The notes below the pieces were generated by a model. That model did not search any database. It was given only the letters and a program-made list of their open reading frames with translations, and was not told the origin of the DNA. Positions 18,778 through 26,466 of a stretch of DNA of 64,000 nt are shown here, piece after piece. This stretch comes from Bacteroides sp. (GTDB lineage Bacteria > Bacteroidota > Bacteroidia > Bacteroidales > Bacteroidaceae): positions 17,453 through 81,452 of the forward strand of contig JAMPDJ010000010.1 of the NCBI GenBank assembly GCA_023665805.1. Direction: 5' to 3'. Position 1 is the stretch's first letter, and each line of letters begins with the position of its first letter. The position numbers and the translations under genes were made by a program.

Positions 18778-18957
18778 TTAATCAAATGATACTTCCATGT
18801 CTTCTATAGGAATATAGTCCGGCACTTCCACATTAGGCTCCTTGTCTGCGGGTTTGATGCTGGCCTCTGATCCGCAAAGGTTGCCTTCCATCTCCACCAG
18901 AGTTTCCTTTGTGAGTGGAGACTCGTAGTCTTTCTTGGTTTCTTGTTCTTTTTTCAT
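18778..18957 (-). CDS. unannotated 59-aa acidic small protein, first gene of the pilin-like operon
   Basis: Below the cutoff of the ORF track. My translation reads MKKEQETKKDYESPLTKETLVEMEGNLCGSEASIKPADKEPNVEVPDYIPIEDMEVSFD*. ATG at 18957, TAA at 18780-18778, 27 nt upstream of the 1084-aa gene. Confidence 0.45.
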   Translation of the reverse strand: MKKEQETKKDYESPLTKETLVEMEGNLCGSEASIKPADKEPNVEVPDYIPIEDMEVSFD

Positions 18958-19399
18958 AATTGTTGATGTTAAAAATTAAAGTTTGGAATTATTTGTTGAT
19001 TTGTATTTATGCTTCCTGCGTCGGGAGGGTGGTGTCTTTGCAAGCCGGCAATCCGGGAGGATGTGGACGGTGTGTGTCCGGCTCCTGTATGCACGGCCTT
19101 TTGCATTCGCGAATTCTCGCCTTTGGATTCGTGAATGTCCGGATGTGAATTCGTGAATGTTCTTTCCCGTCCTCGTGGCCTGTGTATCCCGGGGACGGGG
19201 GGACACAGGCGTAACGGCATGCTCGGCCGGGGGCTTTGCCCTGTCGTTGTCCGGGGATATGGTAAGATGGTCAGATCTGCCTGCACGGACGACGCTGACT
19301 GAAAGAAAACGGAAGTCGCGTCATCGGCGCGGTCGGCAGATGATGAATGGAGAAAAAAAGTGGTGTCGGGTTATGGGTTAAAGTGGTGTTGTCGTGTTC

Positions 19400-20695
19400 T
19401 TAAAGGTATATGGGAGCGAGTTGTTCTTGCAGCACGTAGTCATACACCGGTCGGATGGCAATTGTGTGCCCGTCCTCTTCGATATCTTCATATTGGTGGT
19501 CGGTCAGCAGCAGGAGCTGTTCACAGCGTGTTTTCTGCGCCACCATCAGCAGACCGGAAATTTCTCTTTTCCGCGTCTTGTCGTTGGTAATGTCATAGGA
19601 CACCTGGATGGCGAGCACCGTCCGATCATTGTCGCAGACCACGAAGTCGCACTCGCCCGAACGTTCGTTGTAATAATAGATGTCAAGTCCGAGTGGCTTG
19701 CATCGGCGCAGCAGTTCCAGGTAGACGATGGTTTCCAGTCGCCAGCCAAGGTTCTCCTTTGCAAATGCATCGGTACGCTTGTTCATCAGTGCCACGTCAA
19801 CGGGATAGATTTTCTCGCCGGTCATGCGCAGGCGGCTTTTCTGTGAGTATTTGCGTACCCTTAGTAGCAGGTATGCCTGGCAGAGATAGTTGACGTAGTT
19901 CCTGACGGTATGTTCTGAGCCGAAGCCGAACTGCTCTTTCAGAGACTTGTCGGCAATGATGGCTGGCGCAACATTCAGCAGGTGGTGCGCCAGCTGTTCG
20001 AACGCCGAACGGTGGACAATCTTGAAGCGTTGCTCGATGTCGCGTTGCAGGATGTTGTCTACCAGCCCGTCGATGTAGTCGCGTCCGTTACTAATGGTTT
20101 GCAGTTCGGGGAATCCTCCCTGGGCCAGATATTCGTCGAAAGCGGCCCGTCGTTGTGCCATCGCCAAGGTGGTCTGCAACCGTGTGTCTATCTGTTTCAG
20201 ATTGCAATATTCAGCGAATGAGAAAGGGTAGAGGGCGATGGCATGATGGCGTCCGGTGAGGTGTGTGGCAAGTTCGCCGCTCAGCAGTTTTGCGTTAGAG
20301 CCGGTAATCAGAATGTGCATCTGTTTGCGTAACAGCCTGTTTACGAACAGGTACCATTCGGGGATGTTTTGTATCTCGTCAATGAAGAGGTATTGGAAGC
20401 TTCCGTAAATCTTGTAGAGTACTTCCAAAACGTTGTTCAGCTCTTCCCCTTTCAAGTGAATCAGACGTTCGTCGTCGAAGTTGACATATGCGAACTTTAC
20501 TCCAGCCCCCATCAGCGCATTGTAGCACAAGGTGGACTTGCCACTACGGCGCACACCGATAACGACCTGTGCCTGTGTGCTTTCCAGATCTATCAGCTCT
20601 TCTTCTTTCCTCCGGCAGAAACGCTCGGACTGTCTCTGCAAGAGTTCGTCCATCTGGTCTGACAGGATAATTTCGAGTGTACGTTTGTCCATCAT
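19400..20695 (-). CDS. ATP-binding protein (AAA_14 / DUF4143-type)
   Basis: 431 aa with Walker A GVRRSGKST. The overall layout is typical of the widespread AAA + DUF4143 family. Confidence 0.8.
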   Translation of the reverse strand: MMDKRTLEIILSDQMDELLQRQSERFCRRKEEELIDLESTQAQVVIGVRRSGKSTLCYNALMGAGVKFAYVNFDDERLIHLKGEELNNVLEVLYKIYGSFQYLFIDEIQNIPEWYLFVNRLLRKQMHILITGSNAKLLSGELATHLTGRHHAIALYPFSFAEYCNLKQIDTRLQTTLAMAQRRAAFDEYLAQGGFPELQTISNGRDYIDGLVDNILQRDIEQRFKIVHRSAFEQLAHHLLNVAPAIIADKSLKEQFGFGSEHTVRNYVNYLCQAYLLLRVRKYSQKSRLRMTGEKIYPVDVALMNKRTDAFAKENLGWRLETIVYLELLRRCKPLGLDIYYYNERSGECDFVVCDNDRTVLAIQVSYDITNDKTRKREISGLLMVAQKTRCEQLLLLTDHQYEDIEEDGHTIAIRPVYDYVLQEQLAPIYL

Positions 20696-20741
20696 GTATG
20701 AGGCGGTTAGTCGGTTCGTGCAGCAAAGATACGGATAAATT

Positions 20742-20872
20742 CCGTACAGACTGCGCTATTTTACTGTTTTCCACCTCGTAGACTGCGATAATTTACATGT
20801 TTTCGTCTCGCAGACTGCGATATTTTACACGTTTTGGGTCTCGCAGACTGCGATATTTTACATGTTTTGCAC
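20742..20872. repeat. four tandem copies of a 32-33-bp repeat
   Basis: Copies are ccgtacagactgcgctattttactgttttccac, ctcgtagactgcgataatttacatgttttcgt, ctcgcagactgcgatattttacacgttttgggt and ctcgcagactgcgatattttacatgttttgcac. There are no spacers. The array lies between the ATPase start (20695) and the wzc stop (20920). Confidence 0.9.
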
Positions 20873-20919
20873 CTAAAATCAAAGGTCGGTTGCACGACAT
20901 GCCTCTCTCTGTCGGGCTA

Positions 20920-23268
20920 TTACTGCTTCTTCTTCCTGTGATTTCCGTATCCGTAACCGTAACCATAGCTGTATCCGTATCCATATCCATATCCATAGCC
21001 GCGGTGGTGGGGATTCACTCCGTTGAGGATGAGCGACATGTTGTTCAGCTTGCCGTCGCGGTAGAGTTCCTCCATGTCGGGGAGCTGCCTGCGGTCGAGC
21101 TTGCCGGCACGCACCACGAAGATGGTAAGGTCGGAGATGCGGTTGGTGATGGTTGCGTCGGCTACGATGCCCACTGGCACGTTGTCCACGATGACGTAGT
21201 CATAGTGTAGGCGCAGCTCTGCCATCATTTCGTCCAGACGCCCATCCATGAGCAGTTCGGCCGGATTGGGAGCCACGGTGCCGGAGGAGATGATGTCGAG
21301 GTTGGGGAACTTCTCGTCGGTGTGGATAATGTCGTCCAGGCCTATGCTCTCGTCGGCAAGGAAGTTGGTCACTCCTGCGGGATGCTTGCGGTAGTGGCGG
21401 CTGAGTGTTCCCTTGCGTATGTCGAGGTCCACCAGCGCCACGCGCTTCTTGGTGAGCACGAGACTTATGGCTAGATTGCGTGAGATGAAGGTCTTGCCGG
21501 CACCCTCGTTGAATGACGTGAAGGTGATGACCTGCATGGGCTTGTCCTTCTTGGCCATGAAGGCCATGTTGGTGCGCAGGATGCGGAAGCTCTCGGAGAG
21601 CATGCCCTCTTCAGTGCTGGCGGCGAGGCCTGTCTTGGCCGCATCCTTGTCCTGCGGTATTTCGCCGAGGAAGGGTATGCTGACGGCTCCCTTGAGGTCC
21701 TTGCGGCTACGGACGCGCGTGTCCATGAACAATATCATGAGGAACACCACTCCGGGCACGGCCATGCCCGTGAGCAGTCCCAGCAGCAGGATGCGGTTGC
21801 GCACCGGGGCTATGGGTCCGGCGGGTCCGTCCACGCTGTCGATGGTGCGCGCGTTGTTGTCGGCCATGGCCTGGGAGAGCGCGTTCTCCTCGCGTCGGTT
21901 GAGCAGGAACATGTAGAGGGATTCCTTGATTTTCTGCTGTCGTTCGATGGAGAGCATCTGTCGTTCCTTGGTGGGTACGGTGGTGAAGCGCACCTGTGCC
22001 TGTTCCTGGCGGACGCGTGCGTCGTTGCGTTTCATGTTGATGCCTACGATCATGTTGTCCACGGCGCGGATGATGGATTGTTTCAGGGCGTGGATGGTGT
22101 TGTTGAGTTCCTCCACCACGGGGTTGTTCTCGCTGCTGTCGGCCAGCAGCTTGTCGCGCTTGAGCTTCAGCGCGTTGTATTGTCCTATCTGGCTTTCCAC
22201 GGCGGCGTCGCTGATGCCCGTGCCCGAGGGGATGAGGTCGCGGCTCTTGGTGGGGTCGGTGAGGTAGTCCTTGATGAACTGCGCCAGTTTCAGCTGGGTC
22301 TCCTGCTCCATGGCGTCGGCCTTGTGTGACTGTGCCTCGCCCATGTATTGTCCGGCCAGGGAGCCTATGTCCATGACCTGGTTGGTCTGCTTGAATGATT
22401 CCAGCTGGGTTTCCACGCCTCCCAGTTCGCGTTCGATGATCATGAGGCGTTCGTTGATGAACTCCGAGGTGTTCACGGCCACCTGGTTCTTGTCGTTGAT
22501 GGCTTCCTCGTTGTAGACGTTGACCAAGGTGTTGAGTATGTCCTCGGCGCGCAGGGGTGAGGCATCCTTGAGGGAGAGGACGAGGATGGAGGATTCGTCC
22601 TCCTCCTGGCGTATGCCCATGTTGCCCTGGAAGCGTCCGGCCACGGCGTTGAGGGGATTCTTGCATACGTGTATGTCGTGTCCCGTCCATGCGGGTCCCC
22701 AGTGGTCGGTGCCGGTGACGAGGATGCGTTCGCCTCCGACGGAGAGTGTGTCGTTGAGCTTGAGGTCGTAGGTCTCCTTGGCGGCGGGCAGGCCCTGGAT
22801 GTCGGACAGGCGGACCGTGGCCTTGTTGAGCGGCGTGACGACAAAGGATATGTGCCTCTCGGGCATGACGCCCGGGAAGGAGACGTTGACGGGAGACTGG
22901 TTGTATAGTTCCCGGGTGCGCAGGCCTTTCTCCACCCTGTAGTCCACGTCGGCGTGGAGACGCTGCACCACCTCGCGCATCAGACGCTTGGAGCGGAACT
23001 GGAGAATCTCGTTGGCCACGTTCACCTTGTTTATGTAATTGTCGTAGCGGTCGAGTCCTGCCGTGCTGGTCTTGTTGGACGGGTCCTTGATGATGACCGT
23101 GACGCTGCGGAAGAACACCACGGGTGACGTGGCGTAGTGGTACCATGCCAGTCCTCCGAACAGGAGCACGGATAGCACGAACCATTTCCACTTGGATAGC
23201 AGGTAGACGAACAGGTCGGCCAGATTGACGCTTTGGTCGGTATTGGAGGATAGAATGTTGTTTTGCAT
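20920..23268 (-). CDS. wzc: polysaccharide co-polymerase / tyrosine autokinase (Wzc/GumC-type)
   Basis: 782 aa with an N-terminal Wzz-like domain and TM segments, Walker A FNEGAGKTF, and a C-terminal Tyr cluster HRGYGYGYGYGYSYGYGYGYGNHRKKKQ. Confidence 0.93.
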   Translation of the reverse strand: MQNNILSSNTDQSVNLADLFVYLLSKWKWFVLSVLLFGGLAWYHYATSPVVFFRSVTVIIKDPSNKTSTAGLDRYDNYINKVNVANEILQFRSKRLMREVVQRLHADVDYRVEKGLRTRELYNQSPVNVSFPGVMPERHISFVVTPLNKATVRLSDIQGLPAAKETYDLKLNDTLSVGGERILVTGTDHWGPAWTGHDIHVCKNPLNAVAGRFQGNMGIRQEEDESSILVLSLKDASPLRAEDILNTLVNVYNEEAINDKNQVAVNTSEFINERLMIIERELGGVETQLESFKQTNQVMDIGSLAGQYMGEAQSHKADAMEQETQLKLAQFIKDYLTDPTKSRDLIPSGTGISDAAVESQIGQYNALKLKRDKLLADSSENNPVVEELNNTIHALKQSIIRAVDNMIVGINMKRNDARVRQEQAQVRFTTVPTKERQMLSIERQQKIKESLYMFLLNRREENALSQAMADNNARTIDSVDGPAGPIAPVRNRILLLGLLTGMAVPGVVFLMILFMDTRVRSRKDLKGAVSIPFLGEIPQDKDAAKTGLAASTEEGMLSESFRILRTNMAFMAKKDKPMQVITFTSFNEGAGKTFISRNLAISLVLTKKRVALVDLDIRKGTLSRHYRKHPAGVTNFLADESIGLDDIIHTDEKFPNLDIISSGTVAPNPAELLMDGRLDEMMAELRLHYDYVIVDNVPVGIVADATITNRISDLTIFVVRAGKLDRRQLPDMEELYRDGKLNNMSLILNGVNPHHRGYGYGYGYGYSYGYGYGYGNHRKKKQ

Positions 23269-23286
23269 AATGCGGGATGTTGTCGG

Positions 23287-24078
23287 TTATCTTCTGATTG
23301 CCCATACGATGGAGCATACGGCTGTGATGGCCGAGAGTATGCCAGTGATGTATTTCCAGCTGCGGTCTTCGCGGTCCTGCTTGCGGTACTTGGGTTCGAC
23401 GTAGACGATGTCGTTCTGCTGCAGATAGTAGCATGGGGAGCTGAAGAGGTCTTTGCTGCGCAGGTCGTGGACGTAGGCCACGCGTTCTCCGTCTTCCTCG
23501 CGGATGACCGTGACGTGGCTGACACGTCCCCGCGGGGATATGTCGCCGGCTTTGGCTATGGCCTCGAGCAGGGTGATGCGGTCGCCTTCCACGGTGAAGG
23601 TGCCTGTGCTGCCCACGGCGCCCAGCACGGAATATCTGAAGTTGAGGAACTCGAGCGACACGAGCGGGTCCTTGATGTATTTGCCTTCGATGATGCGATT
23701 GCGTATCATGGATGTGACCTCGCTCACTGTCAGTCCCTCGACATGCAGCTTGCCGAGGATGGGGAAGTCGATGTTGCCGTCCACGTCCACGCGGTATCCC
23801 CTCTTGGATGCGGAGGATTCGCTGACGGTGCCGCTGGCGGTCACCTGGAAGGCGCCTCCGTTGGCATTGAACGGGATGGCCAGTTCGGGGTTCTTGCTGC
23901 TGACGGTGATGTCAAGGCGGTCGTCGGCGTGCACCACGGCCTCGTGACGGAGGTCGGCTGGGTAGCCGTGACCGGGTTCCATGTCTTGGAGGTAGACGAA
24001 TTTTTTCGGCGAACTGCATGAAGCGAGAAATACGATGGCTGCTGCCAGCAGGGCCGAACGATAATGTTGATTTTTCAT
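23287..24078 (-). CDS. wza: polysaccharide export outer-membrane lipoprotein (Wza/BexD-type)
   Basis: 263 aa with lipoprotein signal AAIVFLASCSS, a Poly_export-like ADDRLDITVSS motif and an SLBB-like region. Confidence 0.9.
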   Translation of the reverse strand: MKNQHYRSALLAAAIVFLASCSSPKKFVYLQDMEPGHGYPADLRHEAVVHADDRLDITVSSKNPELAIPFNANGGAFQVTASGTVSESSASKRGYRVDVDGNIDFPILGKLHVEGLTVSEVTSMIRNRIIEGKYIKDPLVSLEFLNFRYSVLGAVGSTGTFTVEGDRITLLEAIAKAGDISPRGRVSHVTVIREEDGERVAYVHDLRSKDLFSSPCYYLQQNDIVYVEPKYRKQDREDRSWKYITGILSAITAVCSIVWAIRR

Positions 24079-24141
24079 TGTCTTATGATGAAAGTTGTTT
24101 TGTTTTCTTTAATATGTGTGTGGTGAGTCGTGCCTTCGGTG

Positions 24142-25020
24142 TCAGGTGGCTAATCCTTCGAGGCAGCGGCGTGCGGCCTCGGCATCGGGCCGGCATTCCA
24201 TCAGCCCTATGGGGGCCAGGTCGGTTGCGCGTATCAGTGTCTCGTGGAGGGCATCCTGCAGACGCGTGTCCTGGCGGACGGCGGAGCAGGAGGGCAGGAG
24301 GGCGGCGAAGGCTTCCGGCCCGTCGAGGGGCAGGAAACGGTTGTCGGCGGACTGTCGCAGGCGCGCTATGCCCGCCACGGGCAGGGACTCGTTCTTGTAG
24401 CAGGGGGTCTTGCCGCTCCAGGGGGTGCCGTGGGCCGTGAGCGTATTGTCCTGTATGCGCAGGACCGGATTGTCGTCGTTGAGCAGGCTGCAACCCGGGA
24501 AGGTTGCCATCCATTGCCTGGCGTGGGTGCTCTTGCCGGTGCCGCTTTTGCCAAGGAACAGGTATCCGCGTCCCTCCAGACAGACGCATGAGGCATGGAT
24601 GGAGATTCCGCCGTGCACGAGAACGGCCTGGGCGTACAGGATGCGGAGCATGGACGACAGCACCATGCCCAGGGAGGGGTCGGATGGCAGGAGGAAGGCG
24701 GTGGCGCGGGAGAAGCGGGAATCCACGGTCATGGTGTGCACGGTGTTGCCGTAGTCCATTTCTATCCGGTATCCGCCGGTGCTCCGCAGCAGGCGCACGT
24801 GCCCCATGTCGTTGGACGACTCGTCGAGCAGTTCATGACGTTTCCCGTCGTTGGAAAAAGGCAGCGTGACGGCGGCCAGCCGGAAAATCTGTTTCCCCTC
24901 GGGTCGCGATCCGCACAGGAACGGACGGAAGGAGGGGAGCAGCGTTTCCGCATCCCATCCGCAGGGTAGGGTGACAGAGAATAATAGCCCCGCCACGCTG
25001 AAGAAGTATTCGTCAGTCAT
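24142..25020 (-). CDS. HPr-kinase-related (HprK-like) P-loop kinase
   Basis: The track ORF 24142..26052 is an over-extended GC shadow. The in-frame ATG at 25020 gives MTDEYFFSVAGLLFSV..., with Walker A LFLGKSGTGKSTHARQW as in the HPr kinase C-terminal domain. Confidence 0.7.
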   Translation of the reverse strand: MTDEYFFSVAGLLFSVTLPCGWDAETLLPSFRPFLCGSRPEGKQIFRLAAVTLPFSNDGKRHELLDESSNDMGHVRLLRSTGGYRIEMDYGNTVHTMTVDSRFSRATAFLLPSDPSLGMVLSSMLRILYAQAVLVHGGISIHASCVCLEGRGYLFLGKSGTGKSTHARQWMATFPGCSLLNDDNPVLRIQDNTLTAHGTPWSGKTPCYKNESLPVAGIARLRQSADNRFLPLDGPEAFAALLPSCSAVRQDTRLQDALHETLIRATDLAPIGLMECRPDAEAARRCLEGLAT

Positions 25021-25040
25021 TGTCAACAATAGCAGTTTGT

Positions 25041-26156
25041 CTATGCCTTGCGGCCAATACGGGCCAGATTTCCAAGAATGAGGTTCATGGAGGCCCAGAA
25101 CGCTTCCTTGGGAGCGTAGGCGCAAGAGAAGTCGCGCCGCCACCAGAAGGACAGGAGCGTGCGCAGTTTGCGTTGCCATCCTGTCCGCGAGGTCCGGCCG
25201 TGGGGTTCGGCGTGTTGTCCGAAATTGCCCCCGTCCAGTATGATGCGCATCAACCTGGGGGACGTGCAGGCCTCGGTGTAGATGTAGGGCAGGTCGTAGT
25301 AGTCGAGTCCGAGATGCTCGGTGAGGAGCGTGTGGAGCTGCTTGTTCCATTCGAGCAGGCCGGCACGCTTGTAGGCTTTTTTCATTTCCTCGGGAGAGTA
25401 GCGGCCGCGCAGGGTGTGGTAGGCACGTGCCATGTCGCAGAACTGCCTGAGGCCTATGCCGTGGCCCATCATGTGCTTTAGCAGGTGTGTGTTGAGCAGC
25501 AGCAGGCATGGCAGGGGAGAGGGCACGAGGAGGGAACCGGGACGGCCGTTGCCGGAGGGCAGCGTATTGAACCCGTGCCTGCGTATCAATGCGGAAAGGT
25601 ATCCTTTCAGACATGGGTCGTAGATGTCGAACAGACGGGTATGGTGCTCTACCTCCACACCATGCCAGTCGTAGCAGAAGCTTCCGTCGGGCCGTGGCTC
25701 CGGACGGCATCCGGCCTGTCGCATCAGCCGGGCGGCCGCGCGTTCCTCCTCCGTGGAGGGGAAATAGAGATCGATGTCGCCGCATTCGCGCAGCATGGGG
25801 TATTCGTAAAAATCGGCCACTCCCTGCCCCTTCAGCAGGACGGGATGCAGGCCGCCCTCCTGCATCAGCCGCATCAGGCTGTCGACCGCCGCGTCCATCT
25901 TCATGTTCTGCCGTTCGATGCTGTCGGCCTTGGCCATCCAGCGTATCATCAGGTCGTCGCCCGGCAGCAAGGAGTCCTGCAGATGGTGCAGGCCGCGCCA
26001 TACGATGCCCGATACCGTCTGGCGCACGGCCATGCGGTACACGGTCCACCACTGGGCGGAGGTGAGGGGAAAGGGGGACAGGTTGTCAGGTTCCGTCTCC
26101 CACAGTCCGGCGCGCAGCAGGCTGAACAGGGCGTTATGTTCCCGTGAAAGTTTCAT
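25041..26156 (-). CDS. nucleotidyltransferase family protein (NTP_transf_5-like, uncharacterised)
   Basis: In-frame ATG at 26156 gives MKLSREHNALFSLLRAGLWETEP...HPVLLKGQGVADFYEYPMLRECGDIDLYF, with the GDIDL nucleotidyltransferase-type acidic motif. An ATGA overlap joins it to the upstream PqqD stop. Confidence 0.7.
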   Translation of the reverse strand: MKLSREHNALFSLLRAGLWETEPDNLSPFPLTSAQWWTVYRMAVRQTVSGIVWRGLHHLQDSLLPGDDLMIRWMAKADSIERQNMKMDAAVDSLMRLMQEGGLHPVLLKGQGVADFYEYPMLRECGDIDLYFPSTEEERAAARLMRQAGCRPEPRPDGSFCYDWHGVEVEHHTRLFDIYDPCLKGYLSALIRRHGFNTLPSGNGRPGSLLVPSPLPCLLLLNTHLLKHMMGHGIGLRQFCDMARAYHTLRGRYSPEEMKKAYKRAGLLEWNKQLHTLLTEHLGLDYYDLPYIYTEACTSPRLMRIILDGGNFGQHAEPHGRTSRTGWQRKLRTLLSFWWRRDFSCAYAPKEAFWASMNLILGNLARIGRKA

Positions 26157-26437
26157 ATCAGTCCCATTCTTTTCCATTCCTCCAGCTGGCGTTCCACATC
26201 GCGGAGGGCACGTTCGTATTCCACCTTGTATGCTCCGCACAGGCTGTAGGCAAGTTCCTCGGGAGTGTGTCCATCTCCCTCGCAGATTCTCTGCCAAAGC
26301 CATGCGGCGGTCTCGTTCAGGCTGTATACGGTGGTCAGGTTCACGCAGTTGTCGGAAGATTTTACAAGCATGTACTTGCGGCCTATCTTGTGAAGCTTGA
26401 GGCATGCTTTGGGAACGAATTTGCTATTGGATGTCAT
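26153..26437 (-). CDS. PqqD-family protein (RiPP recognition element-like peptide chaperone)
   Basis: ATG at 26437 gives MTSNSKFVPKACLKLHKIGRKYMLVKSSDNCVNLTTVYSLNETAAWLWQRICEG...ELAYSLCGAYKVEYERALRDVERQLEEW. The size and pattern are typical of PqqD. Confidence 0.65.
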   Translation of the reverse strand: MTSNSKFVPKACLKLHKIGRKYMLVKSSDNCVNLTTVYSLNETAAWLWQRICEGDGHTPEELAYSLCGAYKVEYERALRDVERQLEEWKRMGLI

Positions 26438-26466
26438 TTGTGTCGTATCGGGTTTGTGTGCAGGGG

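Noticed and set aside
19400-20695. AAA/DUF4143 ATPase, and the AAA/PDDEXK gene at 45007-46572, considered as components of an anti-phage defence system.
   Set aside because: Both are single genes of very widespread Bacteroidales families, with no adjacent effector or sensor partners in the window. There is no sequence-level evidence for a defence island here.
20742-20872. Possible CRISPR array (regular ~33-bp repeats). The same question applies to 54036-54120.
   Set aside because: The repeats are directly adjacent with no unique spacers, there are only about 4 copies, and no cas genes are in the window. They are tandem repeats, not CRISPR.
24142-26052. 636-aa ORF spanning the kinase-like gene and most of the nucleotidyltransferase gene. 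The 454-aa ORF 25041-26405 and the 858-aa ORF 2082-4658 are analogous cases.
   Set aside because: The N-terminal parts are Arg/Pro/Ala-rich shadow sequence overlapping the upstream gene in another frame. Internal ATGs (25020, 26156, 4031) give proteins with sensible N-termini, tight spacing or ATGA coupling.
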